DNA from: Balanoglossus misakiensis
Taxonomy: Eukaryota; Animalia; Hemichordata
Direction: 5' to 3'
DNA: 64,000 nucleotides
NCBI GenBank assembly: GCA_040954595.2
Contig: CM082576.2
Coordinates: 12,031,129-12,095,128, forward strand
Shown here one piece after another: positions 49,501 to 61,641 of the stretch (position 1 is the first letter of the stretch; each line of letters begins with the position of its first letter). A program made the position numbers and the translations under genes. The notes beneath the pieces were generated by a model that saw only the letters and a list, made by a program, of their open reading frames with translations, did no database searches and was not told the origin of the DNA.

Positions 49501-52500
49501 TTGAAGGGGGTGGGTGGACGTCATGCTAAGTGCGCGCTGAAGTCTTGAACAATGGGCGCAAACCGCTCCGCCAGAATGTAGTAGTGGTGACGACTGCCCT
49601 TGCTTAGTAGCAAAGCACGTGCATTGCTTTCTTGCAGTGGGTTCCATTCGGTCTGGACGCCAGAACGGATCCACGATTGATTCGGGTGATGATAATGAAA
49701 GATTCACACATGTCTGTGGCATTGAACTCGGCCTGCCTGGGGCCGAGGAGTTGTACAGAATTGAATATTAAAAGTGGGCGCAGAAGTCGAACGCTCCACG
49801 CATGACTGCGCCTCCCCTCCTTTGAAATGCTCGCAAAAGCGGGGATAATCCGAAACCGGTTGGCACAATGTTTTGTTTGAACTTTACCGAGCAGCAAGGT
49901 ATACAGAAGGGGGGTGCATGCGCTGGTGACGTCAGTCGGTTGAAAGATAAGACTGCAAAGTCACCTGGTGGGGGCAAACAAGCCAACAAGTCGGTGAACT
50001 CTGGTCAATATGAACCTCGTCGTTGCTAACCCCGTGATCTTGACAACACTGCCCTCTGTAGAATTGTCTTTAAGTCCTTCACGGTCACTTGTGTCATTAA
50101 TAACGAATTTTATTGAAATTGAGTGAAATTGAGTCCCGTTTCACTGGGACCACTTTTGGTCACACGTTTGTGTTCGAGTTGGTCCAGACTGTGTGGTTGA
50201 TCTATGGACGCTCTATGAGAGAAACTCTCTCACATGTCCATGGTTGATCAATCGCTTATAGTCGGCTAATCACGGGCTACCCCAACCAAAAGAACATCTG
50301 GCAAAAAATTCCCGGCATTTTGTAAGGTGCTAATGAAGCTGTGGATAATTTCAACGCCTCTAAAATCGACGCAAAGGATTGGCGGTTAAAAACCGGATCG
50401 GCCACCGCAGACTCAATGCTCTTGTGTCCTTAAATAAGTCGCCTATGTCGACCCGTAACAAATTGATTTACAAGAGGTGAGAACTTCTTTTGAAATCCCT
50501 AACCCTAAAATCCAATGCTGTTGGTATCAACAAGTGGTCGGCAGAATTGCTTGGACCTTAGTTGTGCCTTCCATTCCTGCCCACTAAGCTTAAAGTACAA
50601 TTGGCCATATTAAATAATATTTATATATATATATAGATATATATATATAAACAATGTTGAAATGCCTTAGCCATGTGGTTAGACTGGTGATTAAGGCTAT
50701 ACATGGGCATTTTAAATTTGAAATCTGGCATAGAAATGATGTTAACAAGAATGTGCAGCCACCATATGTGGTCCAGTACAATGACTATAATTAGCCTGGA
50801 AGAAGAAAGAAAAAAAAAAGAATTAAGAAAATACGTAAAATTCATATAAAACGAAGGTAGAAACTTATTGCAGTATATCTCTCTCGGACACACAGACTTA
50901 CACACAAAACTCTCTTTTCGTATAATTTTGTCAGCTAAACGTTTCGTTGTTCAATAGTAGTTTTAATGATTCAACCGACCTTCACTTCATTTGCGTCACA
51001 TAAAATACCTTTCAACTCGGCACCGGTCTCATGCTTTCAACCACATTTCTTAAGTTGAAGTGGTTGGCAACCCGTGTTTGTGTGTGGAGTGCGGTGATTA
51101 CCACTCACCAACGCGGAGAAAGCGTGTCCGCAAGGCTCCTTTTTTTGAGCGACGTCGTTTGATCCCCTCATAATCGACCATTGTCACCCTTTCACTGAAA
51201 TATGGTGGCGCGGTCCAATGCCACTTGACTTGTAAATGTCGGTCGCTCGATATTACATCCCTCACTTTTACACTTCTCGCCCCAAATATACATGAGAAAA
51301 TACACAGAATTGAGAAGCGGTGGATGGGAATAACTGAGAACGGTTGCTGTAATTGATGTGTTTTCTGTCTCCATGACTACCGCGTGGACAATCATAACTG
51401 TGTGTACGTTCCAATAAACGTAGCTGTGACGTAATTGAAGACCGCCAATAAAGTTCATTCAATAACCCCCCCCCCTCAAAAAATCAAAATTACTGAGTGT
51501 CATCATCACGACGTGTATTTCGTCTAAATATAACTCCTTGTTTTCCCTGTCAACCCACGCACCACACGCAAATTAAAACTTCTCGTTACACGTTCTTGTA
51601 GAACAAGCGAGAAATCAGTTTTAAATTGTATTTTAATAAAAAGGCAATTTACCGTCGATTCAATGTAATGCATTACCGTGATATTAAACGCACGTCGTGT
51701 AATTCATTTCCCAGCCGTGGCTTGACTGTTTCGACCCGCCTGTGTCTCGCAGACTACTGTTTGAAGGTTTGGCGAACTGTAACGTTGGAGAAATCTCGGT
51801 GGCAATCTGCGTCAAATTTAAAAACCAACATGAAAAATATCGATAACGATCATGATGGTGCTACCCGAATACGCCGTCAGCAAAGTTTAACGTCAGCAGT
51901 GGGCAAATATCTCTGTATGCGTTTTACCACGGTGATTAATAATTCTACACCCTCCTTATGCTACTGTGTGGCAGTGCGCAACTGACGATATTATATCTAG
52001 AGTTATAGGACCTGTCAAAATTTAATCCCGCCCAAGGTGCCATTTAAAATTATGGCCTTCAACACCTATAGAGGGGATACCGTATCTTACGATCGGCTGT
52101 TAATTTGACCCCTCTGAAAACGACCAGGGCTGTGATGACGTCGTTTCAGTTTTATCTCAAGCGTTTTTTTTCTGCGTCGATCAATCAGAGCACCGTGTGG
52201 AAATAAGCAACGCGCCACGCAGGGGAGCGTCGCCAGCACATGCATTCAGCTGGTTGACCTGCCATTGAAGGGGCGCCCTGCGATTAGCGTTTAGCTTAAA
52301 TCCCGGCGGTGTCAAACAATACAGGTATGTGAAGAAGAGTTCGTCCAATCCAGGCGTTCAGTTTTCAGAGAGCAGCTGAAGGCAGCCGGGATACGCAGGG
52401 GCAATTTATAAAAGGAAGACCACGGAAGTGTGGGATCTTATTTGGGATACGAGTCTCCCGTGCTACGGGACGCGGCATCGAGGACGTACTAGTACCGTTA

Positions 52501-55500
52501 TTGTTCGTCTCCAGCCGTAGCTGACAACAGGCCTAAACGGTGATAGATTTTTCAGTCAGCGTGAACGCTCTTGTCACCGTGTTCTGTGGACGGGTCGGGC
52601 TACCATGGTTGGAGACGCCGACGCCATGCATCGCTCAGAGTACAAAGCAAATACGCTGAGGGATGGCGTCTTCAACGCCGGCAAAAACACTCGCACCAAC
52701 AACAGTAAGTCACGAATTACGTATCTTTACACTTTTCGAAGTGTGTCGAAAAAATCCCCCGCGTCACTGCAAATGTCAAGTGTACAGTTTAATACGATCA
52801 AAGCATGGTCGATTGCAGATTTAATACGACGCCAGTCTGTGTTCAACACTTTAAACTAGCGCATCAAAATTTCACGAGTGTCGCTCCAAATTTTCTTTCT
52901 TTGTACTTTGCGCAGAAAATTTTAGATAATTGAATTGCTCGCTAGGTGTCAATAATGTCCGTTATAGTCACAGTAATCAACGGGTGGTAGTATCGGTCAC
53001 TGATCTGGGATCAGGACACGTAACAACCAGAACCTGACGCTTGGTAGTCCGTCTGAGATCCTGCTATAGGATTCTCCACATGTGGTGACCTGCTTGCCAA
53101 CGACTAGAGCCAATATAATTCAAAGAAACGGTTCTTTACCAGTCGACGCGAAGGGAACTGCTCCCGATCACCAACAGAGTCGAGTTTTTGCTTCAGACAT
53201 CGTTTGTCATGGTTACTGGGCAGCTGCTCTAGACGACCGTGACTTTGGACGAAGAAAGGAACCAGTCTTTGTATCTCAGAGTGACTTTGGTGTACATTCA
53301 CCAACACCTGACGACACCCTAGACCGTTCTACGCATAGGAGCGGACGACTACCAGCGCCGCATTGAACCACGTATACAGGAGTAGACTGTTTATATGACA
53401 CTAAAATTCACATACATGTACACGTACTAGTACACAAATCAACAGGTACTTTGGAAAGACAAAACGACCACCGTCTCCAGTCCACCACCAAAACCCAGCC
53501 TTATTTCGGCTGCTGTTGATGACATATATACACACGGCTCGGAATGGTCGCTGATAGCCATTTTCCATAGCATTCAAACACAAGCGATCATCAACCTTCG
53601 CCCATCAAAATGCATTTATTTGATCAGGATACCGTGGCTGTTTACTTTTTGACACGGCTGGCTGGTTGGCTGTTTTGTGTGCAGACTATACGACCACGGG
53701 TCCATGCACATCTCCGAGCCCCTTGCCTGTGTCAGAATCACTGGGTAGGCATGCCAACCCCTCGCCTAGACACGTCTGATAGTTGACACCTTGGTATTCT
53801 GTTTCGACGTGCTTCTAATTGTAATCAGCATGCAATGCCCGAAGACAGGCGTTGCAATTGTTGGCTTTTAATACAAATTGTCATAAATTTTTCAGGTGAG
53901 GACATGGTTGTGCCTGACACGATGTACGTGTCTGTATCTATGACCACAGTTTTCATCTGTTGAAGTAGACGAATTAATTAAACCCCAGCGCTGTTAATTA
54001 GGGTCTTCCATCATGCGCCGGTGTTACAGTGCGTGGTAGCGGGGTTCACGCATTATAGTTCAACCCACAGATAACAGGTGCAATAAACCCCATTAGGCTA
54101 TCGTCCATTGGTGTGCTGAGATAACACGTATGCCCCAGGAAGTAAACACCCTCCTTGCAACTGCCCTGTCGGCGTATTGTCCCCATGTCGACCCGTCCCG
54201 AACCCGAATTTGTAAAACGCAGTGACGGATCCAACGGGGAGTTGCCAAGAAACTGCGCAACAATACGTGCAAACCGGTTCCTTTCGAGAGCACTACACGT
54301 CAGCTTTAAACCCGCCATAAAAAGCAGCGCGCGTCTTTCATTTTTTTCTGTCGGCCATATTCTTTTTTTATTCTTAAATGTCGATTCAACCTTCACACTT
54401 TTAGCAAGAATGTGACGAAACATGGAATTCGTCGCAATTGAGTTGAAAGTTTATGTTTGGTGTTTGAAGCACACATTGTATGTATGCATTAAATCATCTA
54501 TAGTATCACAGAATGCTGTGCAGAGAAACTACCTGTTGAGTCTGCTTGCCGGTTGAAAGGTTAAATTTAAGTCGTAGATTTCGAAACTGCCGCCGTTTGT
54601 GTACGAATATGTTTACTGGTGTAAACAAAGCTGTGATAGTCGAAGTTCGACAGCAACCCCTACGCAGACTCCTCGTTTCATTTTTTTTTTTCAAACATTT
54701 TGTCGGTCGTGAGGCATTCGAAGTGTTCCCGCTTCTTTGACATCCCACCGATCACTTCCGTCGACGCGCCGCTCGCGCCGGCATCACTCGGCAACCAACG
54801 GCGAAGGTGAGCCGTCTGCAGTCGAAGAAAATCCATAAATCACCGAGTTATGTCGCCGAAAACAAAACGAAAAAAGTGTTTGCTTGGTTGCATAAAACTC
54901 GCTAACATAAAAATCTCGACGACCCATTCCACCGCGCTATAATAAATCAGGCTCTCCTGTTTTAAGTATTCGCCATGTTACATTTTAGAAGAAAGCGTGC
55001 ACACCGCTTGCGTCTGGACTTAAGGTAACGCACTACTGTGATTTATTGCTTCTCAACCGACTCAAAATACACATTTCATTCAGCGTGACATATTTTTTTG
55101 AAGCTAGCGTATCCAGAATAGGATAATCCTTCACAAGAGACACAGCTGCGACATCTTCCACGAGTTCACGTGGTTTTTAACACCCCCATTCTCGCGAGCC
55201 AGAAAGGCAACTCTGAAACTGTTGCCGTAAAGAGGTCGTTGTTTACGACGATGTAACTCCCCGCACATTATCGTTCAACAGAGCCAGCTAAAAAGTTGAC
55301 CTTGTCATTGTCTTTGAGAAATTTGTGTCTGAAAGAAATAACTGTATGTGGCCGTATAGTTTTATTATCGGGATGAAATCTACCGCACCGACAAATACAC
55401 CTCCAATGATCAGCTGATCCCAGCAAAGTTCAATTAAACCGACTCATTTTGTATCGATTTCCTCAAAAACAAACACCACTTCGCCGATGATTTTTTCACC

Positions 55501-57870
55501 TCCACGATAAGATAACGCTGGAAACATGCGAGAATAACGCTGCATTTTGATAACGACATCGACCCAGCGGTGGTTTTTATTTTTTTGACTGCGTACGGGA
55601 TTCAGTTGTGGAGGTCTTGAGGGCTAATCTCAGTGTCCGGTCTCCTTCGTCGCAATTGACACTGAATGGTCAACCTAACTCTCATTTTTTTGGCTATTGT
55701 TTTAGTATTTTTCTCTTATGTATAAACTGCGATTTCTTCGTTCAGTCTTTATAGCTTCTCAACAAAGCCCGTGCATGAGTAATGGACATTTGTTATTGTT
55801 GATAAACGAATTCATGTCCGGACTTGAATTCAATTTTCAATACTAGTAATAACAATGCTTATTACTACAAGAGGGCTGCGTTGAAAACAAAACAAAAAGT
55901 GCAATTATTAATGTTTCACGGAGCAGACAAGAAACCAGAGTTGATACACAGAACAATAATGCTGAGGGATAAACAGCCCAAAGTTGGAGTTACCGGGCCT
56001 TTAATTCACCAGTGACTGAGATGCCGACTATATGATACTGACACCATTCTTCGTCCGACTGACCTGAAAAAAGACGAGTAGCATACATCAACTCTGTCTG
56101 TTTCAGGAAGCTCCAGCATGAATTCAATAATCGCCAACACGCTGTTACCAGTATTTGTTTTACTCCTGAATTGCTCGCCATGAATGACCTTTTTAACTGT
56201 GATCATAAAATAATGCATGTGTTCTTGCTACCGAAGGAGGACATGCTGTTGCTCACGGGCGTTTGACGTTTCGATTCCGCCTTGGCAAGGGTCTTGTATC
56301 CGTTTGACCCGGACTTCATACCGACTACTTTTACTCGTATACACTACTTTCACCACCTTCAGACTATACGCGTCATTGATGACGTCAGAGAGTACTAATT
56401 TGGTTTCTTTCAGTCTCGAGTTTCTAGTTTTTGAAGTACAGGTAACGTAAAATTGGAAACACTGAAGCCTTACCCCCCCCCCCCCTATAAAACGTACATC
56501 CTTGATTCAAGTTATTGTCGTATTTGTTTTACACTAGAACCCGTTTGTAGGCAATTGCTCACTGCTTCGGCTTCATCTTTCCAGTTTTCCATTTTGTGCA
56601 GAGTGCTCGGTAATCCGGTGTACTGTCACCATGGCGATATGGCATTTGAACAGGTGTGAAAGCGGGTGGCCTCGGGGGATATCGAGAGATATATACATGT
56701 AAAGCGCTGTGACGTCACACTGAATGATTGTTGCTCAGGTACATTCCTCAAAGTACACGTACATGTAAATGTATATGGAATATGCACTCAATGACTTGAG
56801 AGGCTAACTTAGCAAGATTTAGATCTAGGGACTTTGTCACCGTCAAAAGTAATAAATTCCATATCTTTTAAGAGTCATCTTATGCGGTGAAAAATTGTGC
56901 TTGGACTCGAGAAAGTAGATCCTGTCCGCGTCAAAGGCGACAGAAAAGTAACATGTACGTGATATAAGGCAGGTGTTTTGGTGCTTGTCCGTACTTCGCC
57001 ATAGAAACCGACTCAGTGAGTCGGGTCTCAATTTTCCGTACAGTATTTCAACGCTATTTACTGCAGTCAACTTGTGTGAATGCGTCGCAGTGGCTTCTTG
57101 ACCCTGTGCCGTCATGCGATGCCTGTTTATGGTTTGCTCGGTCACTTTTTTGAAAGAAAGGAAAAACTCGTAAAAGAACATATAGGCAGTCCACCTTTAA
57201 ACGCCCGTCCATGTAGCTGCCGGTGAGATAGCCGTGAGAAATATCATTTCTGGGTGATACGAGCCAAACTCTGACCGCCGGTTCCTGGGTATAAAGTCAG
57301 TATACTTATCCGTGTGAAAGTATTTTTTTGTAAGAAATACGCTCATGATTTTTACTGTGATCATGCGGTGTACAATCCGCTAATATATATTTCTGCGTGT
57401 TAGGTGGGGGTTACAACTTTCTCTATGACGCCATGGGCTAATGCCAAAATAATGGCCTCCCCGAACCGCGTTTTGAAGAAACTTGAGTTCTATACGAACG
57501 CAGCACAAGCTTCACAGCCGGATTTCTGCTTGCAAAAGAAATCTCCAAACAACGGGTTAATATCCGTGTGGGTGAACTATTCAATGGTTTATCTGGATAC
57601 TATGATTTCTTAATTTTTGTCAGCCCAATTGTGATATCGCTGGTAGAGAAATTACTACATGTACATGTATACTGAATTTGTGTTAGTTTTTTCATTAATC
57701 AACGAGGAGGTCACAGTTCTGTTCTTGAACTGCTCCACCAGATGAAACATTAGCCTAACTTTAGTGTTGTCTATTTTATTTCAGGGATTAAACTTCCAAG
57801 TCTGTCGACGTCTTCCATTAAAGCAGACAATCTGAACTGTTTCAAAGCCACGCCGCTCGACGAGGTTTGC

Positions 57871-59325
57871 ATGAAAACTAAAACTGGTTATCGGAGTCTG
57901 ATGCCAAAAAGGGACGATTTGAGGTCTGGACTGAACTATATACGCAGTCCAGATAGTGGGCTGCAGGACATCATGGAAGACGACGCCATATTCATCGACA
58001 ACGACGGGGAAATGTGTATTTCGGTGGCGAAAACTCCGCCAACGGCGATGGAGAACACCATCGACGACGACGACAACGACGCCGCTGCTGCTGCCGCCGA
58101 CGACGGTGAAACAGACGATTGTGGCGACGTCGTGGAGAATTTTGACGAAGGGAAAACCACTCCGCCGACTCCGAACGATAAATCTAAACGCCGAGTGCGA
58201 TTCAGTCTGCCTGGAATGGGCGGGCGGTTTATTTACCCGGCGAGGGTTGAGGAAGACAGGAAAAGATACAGGCGATATTCGTCGCCGTCGTTGTTCGGGG
58301 AAAACGGCCCACCTGACAACAGGAACGGAGATGGTGCAGAGAAGCCCGAACCGACCACACGAAGGAGAAAAACCAGCCTACCTCCCATAACAAACTTTAC
58401 TGTCGAGACATTTTATGAGAGCCAAGTGCAAGCGGTGGATAACCTCACAAATTCCCTGTTGACTAAGGAGTCCGGTCGAACGACTCCGAGGGAAGACTCT
58501 CCCACCAAAATGACGAGTATGGCATCGGCACACTTCCAGGCGGTGCTGAACACACCTTTCGAGCATGACGACGACGATGGAGATGGCGGGAACACAACAG
58601 ACCGGGAAACTCAGGCATCTGCACAACCCAAATCCCCGAGCCCAGAAGTCGACGCCTCGTCTGCTTCACTGCCGCCTCCATCCCCGGCATCCTCGTCCGA
58701 GAAGCCTCGTCCGACTACGCCGAGGAGACGTAAAATAGGCGTCTTCCAAGGAGGCCCCCCGCACCTGGACCTGAAACAAGTCACATCAGAGGTATCAACC
58801 CCGCGGGGGGATCCTCTCAAAAGCCAGCTCGGCCCCGTCCCGAGTTCGGCCGAAACCAGCGGACAGAGCTCCCCCGAAGTGCGAAGCCCGCGATCGTCGG
58901 TCAGCACGCCACCGACGAGTAAGCCGCCGACTCCGAGACTACTGAAACGGCGGGCGATATCGCTCGGCCAGACAGCCAAACCTGATCTTGCCGCTCTACA
59001 ACATGGGCTCAGGTCGCCGTCGTTGTCCAACGAGTCGATTAAAAACAGCGTCATTCGTGAACATGAAATCAAGAACCTCGAGAAGAAACTGAAGGGTTTT
59101 GAAATAAGGAAGAAAGAAATTAAGAATCACCGCGATAACAATTATGTTTCCGAAACTATATCTCCTATACCGGACAGACATAGACAATTTCGAGTCAGGC
59201 GAAAATCGTTGCCAAGCACAATGCCTCCGTCGCCCATTCTGATCGCGCCAGAAATCGACTTTGCGTCTCTAGAGAACTGTCGTTACTTGCGCCGGAAACC
59301 ATCGGAAGACGATGAATGTTATTAG
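57871..59325 (+). CDS. uncharacterised Ser/Pro/Thr-rich disordered protein with RVxF and C-terminal NCRYLR motif
   Basis: A 484-codon ATG-initiated ORF with an acidic tract, many SP/TP and RRxS sites and a short coiled-coil-like segment (IKNLEKKLKGFEIRKKEIK). It is preceded by a splice acceptor at 57783-57784, and the same frame is open from 57787. Confidence 0.8.
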   Translation: MKTKTGYRSLMPKRDDLRSGLNYIRSPDSGLQDIMEDDAIFIDNDGEMCISVAKTPPTAMENTIDDDDNDAAAAAADDGETDDCGDVVENFDEGKTTPPTPNDKSKRRVRFSLPGMGGRFIYPARVEEDRKRYRRYSSPSLFGENGPPDNRNGDGAEKPEPTTRRRKTSLPPITNFTVETFYESQVQAVDNLTNSLLTKESGRTTPREDSPTKMTSMASAHFQAVLNTPFEHDDDDGDGGNTTDRETQASAQPKSPSPEVDASSASLPPPSPASSSEKPRPTTPRRRKIGVFQGGPPHLDLKQVTSEVSTPRGDPLKSQLGPVPSSAETSGQSSPEVRSPRSSVSTPPTSKPPTPRLLKRRAISLGQTAKPDLAALQHGLRSPSLSNESIKNSVIREHEIKNLEKKLKGFEIRKKEIKNHRDNNYVSETISPIPDRHRQFRVRRKSLPSTMPPSPILIAPEIDFASLENCRYLRRKPSEDDECY

Positions 59326-60240
59326 ATGAGGGCTCTGTGACATCTCTGTCGTTTCCACGACGAACCAGGTGCTTGCCATGTCTAAAATACGGATAAAGCA
59401 TAACGTAGAGGGCGCCGGGTCTGGAATCTCGATTTTCATATTACAAAAAGAACCGGCCGTGCAGTGAACATATGATGGCGCTCATAGAGGAAACCCAGAT
59501 AGTACGCCAGCGTGTACACGTCACATGCTGCTTCCTGAACTTTGGACAACGTTGAAATATACAGCAGTACTTAAATTTTGGATACCTTCATGAAGTGAAA
59601 TTTTCGCCTGTATTCAGGAAACTGTAAACTTCAAGTATACTCAATCATTTTTGAACACACGACGTGATTTTTTGTTACCTGTTTTCTGGCATCAGTGCCA
59701 TCGAACAGCAGCAAGGATATTATTGTGCAATATGTACATTTGAAATGATTTCGTCAAAGTTCTATCAGCGACAAAGAGCGTGGTCAAGTACGCGTTTGCA
59801 ATCCGAGGACACGTTTGCAAGAAAGCGCACCAACAGCGCGTAAGTAAAGCGCCCTCTTCGGATAAAGCTACACATGTTTTTTATCACGTCGACACAATAA
59901 CTTCATGTACACTGTACATGTCAATGAATCACGATTGAACGCTTCGCGACGGGTCATAAACAAAACACGTCACAGCAAAAAGGTTATTCTCCATTTTACA
60001 GTATTTTAATGTATAATTTGTGAATTTGTGTGCAAATTTAACTGAAGATATTTACTGGCTTTATCCTGAATTCCGAAACCGTCCAGGGTTAAAATAAGAG
60101 ACTAATTAAACATACATGTATATATTTACTTGCCAAATTTGGTGTTTTGACATGATTGTTGTCATATTTTATTGTGAGTTTGTTGTTTATATCGTTATGA
60201 AATCTCTAATAAAATCGATTGGATTTAACTACATTTCACT

Positions 60241-60544
60241 ATGTATGTATGTATGTATGTATGTATGTATGTATGTATGTATGTATGTATGTATGTATGT
60301 ATGTATGTATGTATGTATGTATGTATGTATGTATGTATGTATGTATGTATGTATGTATGTATGTATGTATGTATGTATGTATGTATGTATGTATGTATGT
60401 ATGTATGTATGTATGTATGTATGTATGTATGTATGTATGTATGTATGTATGTATGTATGTATGTATGTATGTATGTATGTATGTATGTATGTATGTATGT
60501 ATGTATGTATGTATGTATGTATGTATGTATGTATGTATGTATGT
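60241..60544. repeat. (ATGT)n tetranucleotide microsatellite, ~76 perfect units
   Basis: Direct reading of the sequence. It explains the spurious MYVC/HTYI ORFs. Confidence 0.98.
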
Positions 60545-61310
60545 ATTCAGGTGAGATTCGTAGAGATCTCAATGAAAGGCCGGGGCCAATTGACCCCCCC
60601 CCCAAGTAACCAACAGTATTCACGCTCCTTGTTGAGATATCATAGATTGACAGATCGACTTAACTTTCCTTTAAAGTATTTTTCCAATATCGTGTAATTA
60701 GTTTTCTCATTAGTTTTCTCAACATTAATATTTAATTCGTTCGTCTTGAAACATTTATTGTCCTACATGAAATGATCATCAATGGAGCGGAGATGATTGC
60801 AGTCACTGGATGTAAATAAATTAGTCTCGCCAGGGAAGAGTTTGAATTCGCTTTTACTGTTGTCATTTTCATTAATGTAGATAAGAAAGGGAGGTTGGCA
60901 CAAAGATTGGGCCCTTGGGGACTTAACAATGAAACTTTCTTGGATGAGATTTTTCTTGTCTATATTTTGGTTATATTTTGGTGTCTGTTCTGTACACGTA
61001 TATCAACTAGTTTTTAATCAACTCTTTTTTGCGTGCCGAACTTTTCTCCATTCTCCTCTTCTACATAGAAAGAAAGTAATATTGCTAAAAATTTAATTCA
61101 AGTTCTCAGTGATTTGGATTCAATTTTCAATAATAACAGTAACACACAGAACATAAATACAGAAAAAGTAAAAGTTGTAGCTATACTAATAGAGGTTTAA
61201 AAATGAATACTACGAAGCAATGCATGGGTGTGCAGTCTCGCAAGTCGTTTCCCAACACGTGTATATCGAAAAACGTTCGGACCACATTCAGACATAAAGT
61301 ACTATGGATA

Positions 61311-61326
61311 GGCGCCCCCTAGAGGC
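61311..61326 (-). promoter_or_regulatory. CTCF-like binding motif
   Basis: The reverse complement GCCTCTAGGGGGCGCC fits the CTCF core CC[AT]C[CT]AG[GA]GGGCGC. Motif match only. Confidence 0.4.
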
Positions 61327-61556
61327 GAAATGGCTGTGGTCTTCTTCGGTCTCTGGCGGTTGGGTAATTTCAATCACCCGTGTTTGTTTTTGTTTGTTTG
61401 TTTGTTTGTCTGTCTGTCTTTTTCGGAGAAAATTAAAATAAAAACTATCTCAATCATTTTTAACGGGGAAAGTCATTTATTGTAGTACTAGTGAGGAGGT
61501 GATGAAACTCGGTTTCGTTGAATTAAGTTTAGCATCATGATCTTCGTGTCATTTAA

Positions 61557-61641
61557 CCCTTTCACCACGATGGTTTTGTCCAAATCCATTATTCTCTATG
61601 GTAAAGTTGAACCTCTATAGAGGGAATCGGGGGTGAAAGGG
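61557..61641. mobile_element. 85-bp MITE with TTAA duplication and CCCT termini (piggyBac-like)
   Basis: TTAA|CCCTTTCACC...GGTGAAAGGG|TTAA with a perfect 10-bp TIR. The internal sequence is shared with the copies at 8101 and 1326. Confidence 0.78.

Noticed and set aside
60116-60697. 193-aa MYVC-repeat and HTYI-repeat ORFs
   Set aside because: Translations of the (ATGT)n microsatellite.
55822-61160. Short similarity (attcaattttcaata..., acacagaaca) between ~55825 and ~61118
   Set aside because: Too short and AT-rich to call a duplication.
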